Shown here piece after piece: positions 20,601-29,350 of a DNA stretch of 64,000 bases. Within the stretch, counting starts at the first letter, position 1. Every line of letters starts with the position of its first letter. This DNA comes from an uncultured Gemmatimonadaceae bacterium. GTDB taxonomy: Bacteria > Gemmatimonadota > Gemmatimonadetes > Gemmatimonadales > Gemmatimonadaceae. Position numbers and translations under genes: made by a program. The stretch spans positions 2,944,001-3,008,000 of the forward strand of contig CAVXGK010000002.1 of the NCBI GenBank assembly GCA_963761305.1, read 5' to 3'. The notes under the pieces are model-generated. The model saw nothing but the letters and a program-made list of their open reading frames with translations. It searched no databases and was not told where the DNA came from.

Positions 20601-22313
20601 TCAGCTCCGTCGCGGGGCGCGGCTGACTTCGTCGAGGTACGTGATCACACTGAGCAGCATCTGGTCGAGCCCGGCGAGCACTTCGGTTTTCGGGACGGCA
20701 CGCATGGTCGCTACCCGCATTCGATAGGACTGCACGGCGCCCAGGTCATTCACCTGGAAGTAGAGAAACGCCGAGTCGTGCGGCAGCGCGGTGATGCGAA
20801 TGGCGACCGACAGATCGCTCGACAGGCTGTGCGTCAACTCGGCGAGATCGCGCGTCGTCCCCAGCGCCAGCTTGACCGAGTCCGGGTCGACGATGGTGTA
20901 CTGCCTGGCGCGTGAGCGCAGCATGCGTCGCAGGCTGTCGGCGACGGCATGCCCGAGAAGCTGTGCCTCGGGCCAGTTGCGGACCGATGGTGGTTCGGTG
21001 ATGACCAGACGCCGCGGTCCGATGGCGGTCGGCGCGCCGCCGCCATTCGCGGCAATGATGGAGTCCATCATCTTGCGCTCGGTTTCTTCCTGCAGCCGTG
21101 CCTTGGTGATCGAGTCGCGCGTCTTCGCCGCGGCGAGTCGCTTTCTCACCGCTTCGGCGATGCGTAGGGAATCGTCGTGCGTGATGACCGGCTTGGGCGT
21201 CGGCGGCGGTTTCATCACCGTCGCCGCGGGCGCGCCGGCGGGCGTCGGAGTCGCGGCGGGCGAGGCGGCGGGTGCCGACGGGGCAGCCTGGGCCGGCCGC
21301 GCCACCCGTGTGCTCGAGTCCGGTCGCGCGGTCGGAACGACATATCGTCGGGAGACGCCATATGCCGCCAGCGCAGCGACGATGAGAGTAGCCGCCGCAA
21401 TGCCCGGCGCCATCCACGATCGGCCGCGAGGCTTCGCGTCGATGCCCCCGTTTTGAGGCGTGACGCCGAGCGGCATCGTCATGGCATCGAGTTCTTTCAG
21501 GATCTCTTCGGCGCGCTGCGGACGCCCGGCCGGGTCTTTCGCGAGGCATCTCATCACCACTGCCGACAGCCCTCGCGGGACTTCGGGCAACACCTCGTGC
21601 AGCGGCTTCGGGTCGCGCGTGAGCTGGGCGGCGAGCGTTTCTCGAGGCGACGGGCCGGTGAACGGCGATGCGCCCGTCAACAACTCGTAGGCGAGCAACC
21701 CGATGGCGTAGATGTCGATGCGATGATCGGCCGCCGAGTCGCCGGCGAGCTGTTCCGGGGCCATGTACGCCGGCGTTCCGATCGCGATGCCGGCCGAGGT
21801 GACACCGCTGATCGGCAGCGCCGCGCTGAGCGCCTTGGCGACGCCGAAGTCGGTAACGAGCGCGTGCGATCCTTGGCGGAGGATGTTGCCGGGTTTGATG
21901 TCGCGGTGGATCACGCCGCGCGCGTGGGCGAACGCGAGCGCGTCGACGACGTCGTGCATGATGCGTGTAACTTCGCGAACTCCGAACGGCTTCTTGCGTT
22001 CGAGCACGGTGCGGAGCGATTCGCCGTCGATGAACGGCATGGTGTACCACAGCAGGTCGCCCTGCTCGCCCGCCGAAAGCAGCGGGACGATGTGGGGATG
22101 CTGCAGCTGGGCGGCGACCTGGATCTCCCGTCGGAAGCGCTCGCGATTGACGCCGGCAGCGAGGTCTGGCGGCAGGACTTTGACGACGACCTTCCGGCCG
22201 AGCGAGCGGTCGACGGCGACGAAGACGCGGCTCATGCCTCCGCCGGCGAGCTCGGACTCGAGTTGATACCCGGTGCCGAGCGCGGCCTGAAGTTGTTCAG
22301 CGAAGTCAGTCAT
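20601..22313 (-). CDS. Hanks-type Ser/Thr protein kinase with TM helix
   Basis: AGGGMSRV, VVVKV, HRDIKPGN, DFG, GTPAYMAPE; TM segment followed by Pro-rich linker. Confidence 0.93.
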   Translation of the reverse strand: MTDFAEQLQAALGTGYQLESELAGGGMSRVFVAVDRSLGRKVVVKVLPPDLAAGVNRERFRREIQVAAQLQHPHIVPLLSAGEQGDLLWYTMPFIDGESLRTVLERKKPFGVREVTRIMHDVVDALAFAHARGVIHRDIKPGNILRQGSHALVTDFGVAKALSAALPISGVTSAGIAIGTPAYMAPEQLAGDSAADHRIDIYAIGLLAYELLTGASPFTGPSPRETLAAQLTRDPKPLHEVLPEVPRGLSAVVMRCLAKDPAGRPQRAEEILKELDAMTMPLGVTPQNGGIDAKPRGRSWMAPGIAAATLIVAALAAYGVSRRYVVPTARPDSSTRVARPAQAAPSAPAASPAATPTPAGAPAATVMKPPPTPKPVITHDDSLRIAEAVRKRLAAAKTRDSITKARLQEETERKMMDSIIAANGGGAPTAIGPRRLVITEPPSVRNWPEAQLLGHAVADSLRRMLRSRARQYTIVDPDSVKLALGTTRDLAELTHSLSSDLSVAIRITALPHDSAFLYFQVNDLGAVQSYRMRVATMRAVPKTEVLAGLDQMLLSVITYLDEVSRAPRRS

Positions 22314-22546
22314 CAAGGTCTCACAAAGATCATCGCGCAATGATTTGCGCGTTCATCGCCAGCGTTCTGATATTCCGATTCGTACTACGGGTGAATCGGA
22401 TGGTGCGTGGGAGGTCGTGAATTGGACACAAAGAAAAGACAAATCGACTCGCCAAAAATCACATTCGACCCTTTCGTTCGGGGCCGGTTGCGCTAAGATT
22501 AAAGCGCTCTAATGTTTCAGGACATCCTCCTCTGACCCAACGGACC

Positions 22547-22843
22547 GTGGCTAGATCCCATGCGCTGCGCCGCCCTCGGGCGGTCCCCGAATCCGTGATC
22601 CCGAAGAATGTCCTCGCGAAGGAAATCGCGAGCATTCTCGACGATCAACAGCTCACGCAAACCGAAGCCGCTTACATCATGCGAGACGCACCGTCGCAGA
22701 TCTCCCTGGTAGTTACGGGGAAATTGCGCGGTTTTTCCACCGAGCGCCTCATTCGCATGCTAGCTCGGCTCGGCCGCGACATCGATATCGTGATTCGCCC
22801 CGCCAAGGGCAAGACGGGTAAGGTCACCGTCACCCGCCGCTAA
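22547..22843 (+). CDS. XRE-family HTH protein (HTH_37-like)
   Basis: LTQTEAA, GKLRGFSTERLIRMLARLGRDIDIVI. Confidence 0.8.
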   Translation: MARSHALRRPRAVPESVIPKNVLAKEIASILDDQQLTQTEAAYIMRDAPSQISLVVTGKLRGFSTERLIRMLARLGRDIDIVIRPAKGKTGKVTVTRR

Positions 22844-22855
22844 CGGCGGCGTGGA

Positions 22856-22904
22856 CGCCCCTCGCGCCATGGCGCGAGGGGCGCCGCGGCTCGACGAGCC
22901 GCGG
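22856..22904. terminator. Two adjacent perfect hairpins between convergent genes
   Basis: 28-bp palindrome CGCCCCTCGCGCCATGGCGCGAGGGGCG, then CCGCGGCTCG-A-CGAGCCGCGG; no U-tract. Confidence 0.5.
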
Positions 22905-22915
22905 TTCCTACGAAA

Positions 22916-24229
22916 TTAGGTGCTGGAGTTCGAAACGAGCGGGATGTCGTGAGCCGGTGTGAGCGACGTCGCGAACGCGTCGTCCCATTCTCGCACCTGG
23001 TCGCGCCCGCCACGTTTCGCGGCGTAGAGCGTGACGTCCGCGCGCTCCTTGAGGCTCGACGCGACCGCGTCGCCGCCGACGCCGGGCGACGTCACCACCC
23101 CGACGCTCACCGTCAGCTTGAGGCGCGTCCCGTTCACCATGAACGAGTGATTGCGCACGGTCTCCCAAGTACGGACGGCCATGCGATACGCGCCCTCGGG
23201 TCCCGTCTGTGGCAGCAGAATCGAGAATTCTTCACCACCGGTTCGCGCCACCATGTCACCGGAACGAGCCGCCTGGCCAAGCAGCATCCCGAGCTCGCGC
23301 AGCACGACGTCGCCGGTGATGTGGCCATAGGTGTCGTTGACCTTCTTGAAATGATCGAGGTCGACGGCGATGAGTGAGATCTGCTGGCCGGTGCGTCCCG
23401 CGCGCGCGATCTCGCGGGCCAGCACCTGATCCAACCCTCGGCGGTTGAGACACGCTGTGAGCGGATCGGTCAGCACCATGCTCGCGAGCTGCAACCGCAC
23501 CCGGTTGTAGGCACGGCCCACGCGTGTGATCGACTCGGGGTTCGTCGTCGTGTTGACGTCGTACGCCCGGCTGAAATCGCCGTCCTCCGCCCATTCGAAC
23601 AGCTCGACGATGTGTTCGAGGCGGCGTTGGATGTTGCCGAACTGCGCGATAAAGAGCAGGCCTGCCGTCGCGAACAGCGCGATCGACCACAGCTCCTGGA
23701 TAGGGTCCTGCGCCGCCCCGTGCGTGATCGCCCCCACACGCACCGTGACGAGATATCCGACCACCACGGCCAACAGCGTCAGCGTCGCGGGCGTGCGCCC
23801 GAAGTACGACTCGACCGAATGAATGACGAAGAACGACAGGATGAGGATCCTGTCATAGTACCCGACGGGCGACGACGCGATCGTCGATATGAAGATGAAC
23901 GCCAGATCGGCGAAGATCGTCGTCGAAATGAGCAGGTTGCCTGCCGTCCCGGTCTCGCGCATGCGATGGCTGAGCAGCCGGACGGCGATGACGTAGCCGA
24001 CGAGCGCGGCCGCCACCCACAGGTCGCTCCCCCCGAGGATGTCGAGTTGTTGAAAGAGCAACTCGAACAGCCCGAGGAACATCGCGATCGCGATGCGGCC
24101 TGGAGCCTGCCAAAGCAACACGTCCGCGTTGGCGCGGGCGGGATCAACTGTATCCTGTTTCACGCTTGAGAATGAACCGGGAGAATGTGCGTTCGCTGGC
24201 GCATTTCCGCGCCGGAATTCCTTGCCCAT
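22916..24229 (-). CDS. Membrane-bound diguanylate cyclase
   Basis: Several TM helices; TDPLT..NRR, DLDHFKKVNDTYGH, RSGD I-site, GGEEF. Start uncertain. Confidence 0.9.
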   Translation of the reverse strand: MGKEFRRGNAPANAHSPGSFSSVKQDTVDPARANADVLLWQAPGRIAIAMFLGLFELLFQQLDILGGSDLWVAAALVGYVIAVRLLSHRMRETGTAGNLLISTTIFADLAFIFISTIASSPVGYYDRILILSFFVIHSVESYFGRTPATLTLLAVVVGYLVTVRVGAITHGAAQDPIQELWSIALFATAGLLFIAQFGNIQRRLEHIVELFEWAEDGDFSRAYDVNTTTNPESITRVGRAYNRVRLQLASMVLTDPLTACLNRRGLDQVLAREIARAGRTGQQISLIAVDLDHFKKVNDTYGHITGDVVLRELGMLLGQAARSGDMVARTGGEEFSILLPQTGPEGAYRMAVRTWETVRNHSFMVNGTRLKLTVSVGVVTSPGVGGDAVASSLKERADVTLYAAKRGGRDQVREWDDAFATSLTPAHDIPLVSNSST

Positions 24230-24407
24230 TCGTAAGTTTCGACCCCACTGGCGACAACTGAGCCTGCCTGTCCAACTCTTTGCAACGGATTGATTTAAGT
24301 ACGTCCGCAACCCCTGTTTAGCGGACATCCGTTGTCAAGTCCTTCGCCGCAGCCTATCGCGGCCGTCCGCGCGGGACTCAGCGCCTCGCCGCAGTCGCCA
24401 GCATTAC

Positions 24408-24462
24408 AAATGAACGACCCGGCGCACCCCCGCAACGGGGGTCGCCGGGTCTGGCTTCATTT
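24408..24462. terminator. Strong hairpin downstream of the LLM gene, probable terminator
   Basis: AAATGAA..GACCCGGCG..ACCCCCG / CGGGGGT-CGCCGGGTC..TTCATTT. Confidence 0.5.
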
Positions 24463-24528
24463 CGGCTTGTGTTCGGCTCGTCCTTCGGGCTCCGATCGAC
24501 TTTTGAGGTCGGTCCCAGTCCGCCTCTG

Positions 24529-25581
24529 CTAGACCCGAGCCGAAATCACCTCTTCGGCGAAGCGCTCCATTTCCTCCAGCTGCGGGCTGCATTGAAGCAG
24601 CAGCAGGTCGACTCCCGCTTCGGCGAATTGCGCCGTCCGTTCCGCCACCTGGTCTGGCGTACCCACGAGCCCAGCGCGCAGTCCACGATTCGACACCGAG
24701 TAGTCCTGCAGGGTCACCTGCTGCTCGAGCTTCGTGTTGGCGATCCAGTCGCGGTAGTTCCCGTAACCCGGCGACCCGATCGCCACGTTCGTGATCCGCT
24801 CGATCTCCCTCTTGACCTCTGCCTCGGAATCGCGGACGATCGTGTACGCCGCGACGCCGAACTGCATCGGCGCGAGGTCCACGCCAAGCGCCTCGGACGC
24901 CTGCTCCCGGCGCCCGCGCATGTCGGCGATCTTGGGCGCGATCCGCTCCGGCGGATCGCCGTGCATGACGTACGCATCGCACTGGCGCGCGATCAGCGTC
25001 TTCGCCGCGTCGGATTCCCCGCCCGCGTAGATCGTCGGGCGCGGACGGCCCAGCTTCGGCACCGGCTTGGGCTCGAGCACGATGTCGTCGTGATTGTAGA
25101 ACTTGCCGTGGTACGTGAACGCCGGCTCCCGCCACGCGCCGTCCACGACGTCGAGCCACTCACGGGTGCGCGCGTAACGGTCGTCGTGCTCGTCGAACGC
25201 CGCGCCGAATCGGCGCGCTTCGTCCTTCCACCACGCCGAGACGACGTTGAGCGCGAGGCGTCCGCCTGAGATCTGATCGATGTTCGCCGCCTGCTTGGCG
25301 AGAATGGCCGGCGGATGGAACGACGGCCGCACGGCGACCATCAGCTCGAGCCGCTCCGTCACCGCCGCGAGCGCGGCGGCCGTGGACCAGGCATCCAGCG
25401 ACGGCGCGTTGATCCCCTTGATGTCGTTGAGCAACAGCTCGGCGATCAGCGTCAGATCGTAGCCGATCTCCTCGCTGCGCTGCGCCAGACGGCGCACGTA
25501 GTCCCACGACGCGGCCATCCCTTCGTCGTCGACGTTGCGCAGCCACCCGCCGAAGACCGGCAACCAGTAGCCGTATCTCAT
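24529..25581 (-). CDS. LLM-class flavin-dependent monooxygenase (SfnG/SsuD-like, probably organosulfur-acting)
   Basis: MRYGYWLPVFGG, LDAWSTAAALAAVT, IDQISGGRLALNVVS, RPTIYAGGES, LVGTPDQVAE; ATGA overlap with the upstream gene. Confidence 0.85.
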   Translation of the reverse strand: MRYGYWLPVFGGWLRNVDDEGMAASWDYVRRLAQRSEEIGYDLTLIAELLLNDIKGINAPSLDAWSTAAALAAVTERLELMVAVRPSFHPPAILAKQAANIDQISGGRLALNVVSAWWKDEARRFGAAFDEHDDRYARTREWLDVVDGAWREPAFTYHGKFYNHDDIVLEPKPVPKLGRPRPTIYAGGESDAAKTLIARQCDAYVMHGDPPERIAPKIADMRGRREQASEALGVDLAPMQFGVAAYTIVRDSEAEVKREIERITNVAIGSPGYGNYRDWIANTKLEQQVTLQDYSVSNRGLRAGLVGTPDQVAERTAQFAEAGVDLLLLQCSPQLEEMERFAEEVISARV

Positions 25582-26585
25582 GGCAAGCTCGCCTGGAACG
25601 TCGAGCGCTCCCGGGTGCGCTCGACGGTGCGGCGCGCCGGCGCGCCGCGCGAGACGAGGTAGTCGACGAGCTTCGCCCACGGATCGAATCCGATCACGTT
25701 CACCGGATCGGCCACGAAGTTGGACAGCGCGTTGACGTCGTAGAAGTAGTGTTTTCCGTCGCGGTCGTCGATCAGGTACTCGATGCCGCCGACGTCGAGT
25801 CCGGCGCGGCGCGAGATCGCCTCGACCTGCGCGATGATCTCCAGCGGCGCGTCGTAGCGTTCGACGCGAAGACCGGTCTTGGGCGCATCGACCGCGCACG
25901 CGCCGCGCACGAGCTCGACCCCGTCGGCAGTCTGGCAGGCATCCGCGGGACAGAGATCGAACGATCCCACCGCCGGGAACACCTTGATCGCATACAGATA
26001 TTTCCCGCCGAGTGTTTCGACGCGCACGATGTGGCCGTCGCGAAGCGGCGCCGATTCCTGCACGAGCGCCACGCCGTCGACTCCCAGCTCCACTTCGCCG
26101 CGCTCGATCGCGCCAGCGAGCGCGGTCTCCGACTCGTACCGCACGATGCCCGCGCCGCTCCCCCCGATGTTCGCCTTCACGAGCACCGGATAGCGCAGAC
26201 CCTTCGCCGCCTTCAACGCCACGGCAGGATTGTTGATCGCCCGTGCGCGCGGAAATGGAAGTCCGAGCTCCTCGAGGAGATCGAGCTGCGACGCCTTGGA
26301 GAGCTCGAACGCGTACACATGCGCGCCGTTCACGACCGGTACGCCGATGCGCTCGAGATGCCTCAGCCAGTGCAGCGTGTGAAACGTGGTCTGGCGATGA
26401 TTGCGGAGATACGCCGACGGGCTCGCCCGATTGAACACGAGCGAGTACGGCACGTCGTCCTCGGACGGATCGAACACGTGCAACGCGGCGTCGACGCGTT
26501 CGTACGGAAGTCCGCGCCGCTCGAGCTCGAGGAAGAGCGGCTTGAACCAGTCGGGATGTTCGTGGAAAACGGCGATCGGTTGCAT
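25578..26585 (-). CDS. ATP-grasp ligase (RimK-like)
   Basis: ELSKASQL, PVLVKANIGGSGAGI, LVQE, GGIEY, YDVNALSNF. Confidence 0.8.
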   Translation of the reverse strand: MQPIAVFHEHPDWFKPLFLELERRGLPYERVDAALHVFDPSEDDVPYSLVFNRASPSAYLRNHRQTTFHTLHWLRHLERIGVPVVNGAHVYAFELSKASQLDLLEELGLPFPRARAINNPAVALKAAKGLRYPVLVKANIGGSGAGIVRYESETALAGAIERGEVELGVDGVALVQESAPLRDGHIVRVETLGGKYLYAIKVFPAVGSFDLCPADACQTADGVELVRGACAVDAPKTGLRVERYDAPLEIIAQVEAISRRAGLDVGGIEYLIDDRDGKHYFYDVNALSNFVADPVNVIGFDPWAKLVDYLVSRGAPARRTVERTRERSTFQASLP

Positions 26586-26660
26586 GGCAGTCCTGAGTGT
26601 GGGTCGCGGGTCGTGCGGTTCGCGGGGTTTTCACTCGGGACCGGCGGCGACTTCAGGAGA

Positions 26661-26698
26661 ACAAAAACGCCCCGATCCCTTGGTGGGGAACCGGAGCG
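26661..26698 (-). terminator. Attenuator intrinsic terminator
   Basis: RNA CGCUCCGGUUCC-CCACCAA-GGGAUCGGGGCG-UUUUUGU, located between the leader ORF and the ATP-grasp gene. Confidence 0.8.
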
Positions 26699-26718
26699 CG
26701 AGTCGCTGCTAAGAAGTG

Positions 26719-26802
26719 CTAGATGCGAACGCCCAGAGCCTCACATGTCGGTTGACACATGGGACACATGCACATACAACACATGGTTTGGGCGCGGCTC
26801 AT
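26719..26802 (-). CDS. Cys/Met-rich leader peptide, 27 aa (MSRAQTMCCMCMCPMCQPTCEALGVRI)
   Basis: 6 Cys and 4 Met within 14 codons; preceded by a promoter and followed by a terminator. Confidence 0.8.
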   Translation of the reverse strand: MSRAQTMCCMCMCPMCQPTCEALGVRI

Positions 26803-26809
26803 GGCACAG

Positions 26810-26837
26810 AAGGTAAGGCTGGGTGGAAGCGCGTCAA
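26810..26837 (-). promoter_or_regulatory. Sigma70-type promoter for a leaderless leader transcript
   Basis: TTGACG-N16-TACCTT, then 7 nt to the ATG at 26802; no SD sequence. Confidence 0.7.
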
Positions 26838-26869
26838 GGCTCGTCACACAATCTTGACGAACCCTTTCA

Positions 26870-29350
26870 TCAGAACTTCGATTCGAGGTACAGATCGACA
26901 CGGAACTGCTTTCGCGGATACAGGCCGCGAGCGACGTCGAAACGAAATAGGCCATCGAGGAACGACACGCCCGTGCCGACGCCGCTCATCGGTCGGCCAA
27001 TTTGACTGAGCTGTGTGCGATCGCCGACCCACCCGAGATCGGCGAACAGCGCTGGGCGGATTCCCGCGTCATTCGTGCCGAGCTCGGCCCGCGTCAACCA
27101 AAACGCGTTCCCGCTTTGTGCGGTATCAGGGCTCTGTCCGCGCACCGTCTGCGAACCACCGAGATACCATCGGCGCTGCGGCGGCAGTTCCCCGACCGAT
27201 GCACCCGCTGACGCCGTCAGCGACGCGGCCACGCGACCAAGTCCGTGCGACGCGGTCACGTCGAATGCGGCCCGTCCATACGCGGAATCGCCGGTCCCGA
27301 TCGCGCTCTCGAGACGCAGGCTCGAGAAGATGCGCAGCCCCTGCGGGTCGAGTCCCGACACGTCATCGATGTGGGCCGAGAAACCCAGGTACCCGCCGCG
27401 TTGCGCGACGAGGTTCGCCGGAAAATCGGAGCCGTCGACGGCGAAGTTCGTCTTTACCGCCGCGGTGCGCTCCTGTTCGGCGAACACACGCCACCCGAGC
27501 TGCGCGCCGCCGCCGAACGCGCCGTCGAGCGAACGCGTGAGGTCAACGCCCGACGCGCGATAGTAGAATCCTTCGTCGCGCCCGAACATCAGCGCCGAGA
27601 ACGAGCTTCCGAAGCTGAGCGGATGTCCCCAGTCGCTGGCGCTCACGAGACGGTTGTACGCCGTGAATCGAATCGTCTTCGTGAGGTTCGAACGCGCCAC
27701 CGAGAGCTCCACGTTGGGCTCGAGGTCGGCGAACCCGAGGCGCCCCACCGCCATTCCGCTGTAGCCGCCGCCAAGTTGCTGCTCGACCGACGCGCCGACC
27801 GAGAAGCCTTCGACGCGATTATAGCGCATGAGCGCCGGCCCATACGAGATCGTCGGCGGAGGCAGCATCGACAACCGGAATTGCAGCGGCGCCTGCGCGT
27901 CGAGCGAGAGCGCCTCCGCCTTGAGATCGGCGAGATCCTTGGCGGCGAAGAGCTCTTCGCCGGCGTCATAGATCGACGGCGGCAGATCGGGCGAGTGGGA
28001 GAGCTTCGCCGTGTCGCACGGCACGCGCAGCGCCACCGGCATCGAGACGTCGTAGCGGCGAGTGGTCGTCACGCGCACGTCGGACGTGTCGCACTGCGTC
28101 GAGCGCGGCTCCGCCTTCTTGAGTCCTTGTCGGATCGAGTCGCGCACCGCTCGCGAATGCACGCGGCTGGCCGTGCGCACGGAATCGCGCCACGCGATTC
28201 TCGCTTCTTCACTCAACGAGTCGGGCGGTTGCCCCCGACCCGGTTGAAGATGAATCATCGGCAGCGTGTCGGTGCCGTTCACGCTCGCATACTTGAAGCT
28301 CTCTTCGATCTTCACCGGCACGCGCATGAAGCTGACCTGCGCGTAGGCCTCGGCGAGTCGAAGACGCGGCAACCAGAAACGACCCTCGTGCAGGCTGTAC
28401 TCGACCGCGATCGCGGAGACTTCCGCCTTCATCGGCGTGATGAACGGCTTGACCCACACCGGGACGTCGTCCATCGACTTGGGATCGTCCTCGGTCGCCA
28501 CGGCCCAGATGTCCATCGGGACCGACAACCGGTACGCCGCGCGGACGAGCTGTCCTGAATGCGTATCGAACCACAGCGAGCCGACGCCCAGATTCCATTT
28601 CGGCTGCCGCGGCCGAACGCGCAGCTCGCGCAGCTGAATGACTTTTCCGTCCGGCAGCTTGAAGCTCACGGAATCGCCGGTCTCGTACGTGTAGTACGCC
28701 TCGGCCCCATCGGCGATCGGATGGACGATCTCGGTTTCGTCGACCTGGGCGCGGGCGATGTCACCGCCGCCGACCCACAACGGCTCGTATCCCGGATAGT
28801 AGGGGATCTCCCCCATCAGGTCGGGATCGTTCGTGTCGTTGTTGATCTCGACGTCAGCCTTGGTTCCCAGCATGGGGGCGGCGTTGCGCGCGCCCTTCAC
28901 GTCGACGTATGCGCCGACGCCTTGGCGCCACCGCACGTGCGTCGCCGCCTCGTGTCGAAACAGAAGCCGGTCGCGGCCGATGCTCCCGAATCCGAAGCCC
29001 ACGGAGATGCGCTCGTACGTCGTCGCGTCGTAGGCAACCAACGCCGAATCCTGTTTGAGGCGCGCGGCGCGTGCGGCTAGCAGCGTTATCTTGGCCGTCG
29101 CGTCCTTGAACGCCGTTGCCTGAAGCTCCGCGGTGACCGCGCGGCGCACGCCCTGGTGCCGCCGCCCACTCGCCGAATCACGCGGCTCGTCGGTCGTGCT
29201 GTCGCGAACGACGGGCGTTCGTCCGCGCCTGGCCTGCTGCGCCGGAGCCGACGCCGGGGTCGGGGGAGCCGGCGGCGTCTTTGGGGGCTGAGCGGGGGGC
29301 GAACCCTGAAAGTTCAGCGCGGCGACAACGCCGAAAACGAGGAGAATCAC
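26870..29350 (-). CDS. Outer-membrane protein with probable C-terminal beta-barrel
   Basis: Signal peptide; RYNRVEG; alternating beta-strand pattern; ends FRVDLYLESKF (beta-signal-like). Confidence 0.7.
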   Translation of the reverse strand: MILLVFGVVAALNFQGSPPAQPPKTPPAPPTPASAPAQQARRGRTPVVRDSTTDEPRDSASGRRHQGVRRAVTAELQATAFKDATAKITLLAARAARLKQDSALVAYDATTYERISVGFGFGSIGRDRLLFRHEAATHVRWRQGVGAYVDVKGARNAAPMLGTKADVEINNDTNDPDLMGEIPYYPGYEPLWVGGGDIARAQVDETEIVHPIADGAEAYYTYETGDSVSFKLPDGKVIQLRELRVRPRQPKWNLGVGSLWFDTHSGQLVRAAYRLSVPMDIWAVATEDDPKSMDDVPVWVKPFITPMKAEVSAIAVEYSLHEGRFWLPRLRLAEAYAQVSFMRVPVKIEESFKYASVNGTDTLPMIHLQPGRGQPPDSLSEEARIAWRDSVRTASRVHSRAVRDSIRQGLKKAEPRSTQCDTSDVRVTTTRRYDVSMPVALRVPCDTAKLSHSPDLPPSIYDAGEELFAAKDLADLKAEALSLDAQAPLQFRLSMLPPPTISYGPALMRYNRVEGFSVGASVEQQLGGGYSGMAVGRLGFADLEPNVELSVARSNLTKTIRFTAYNRLVSASDWGHPLSFGSSFSALMFGRDEGFYYRASGVDLTRSLDGAFGGGAQLGWRVFAEQERTAAVKTNFAVDGSDFPANLVAQRGGYLGFSAHIDDVSGLDPQGLRIFSSLRLESAIGTGDSAYGRAAFDVTASHGLGRVAASLTASAGASVGELPPQRRWYLGGSQTVRGQSPDTAQSGNAFWLTRAELGTNDAGIRPALFADLGWVGDRTQLSQIGRPMSGVGTGVSFLDGLFRFDVARGLYPRKQFRVDLYLESKF

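Noticed and set aside
24230..24528. c-di-GMP riboswitch upstream of the GGDEF gene
   Set aside because: I cannot see the consensus elements of class I or class II aptamers.
26719..26802. Cys-rich peptide as a RiPP (graspetide) precursor or metallothionein
   Set aside because: There is no leader/core layout, only one acidic residue, and no transporter or peptidase. The intervening terminator/antiterminator and the Met interleaving fit attenuation better. Not formally excluded.
26719..26955. 78-aa version of the leader ORF in the ORF track
   Set aside because: The extension overlaps the upstream gene and spans the promoter; the ATG at 26802 fits the -10 spacing.
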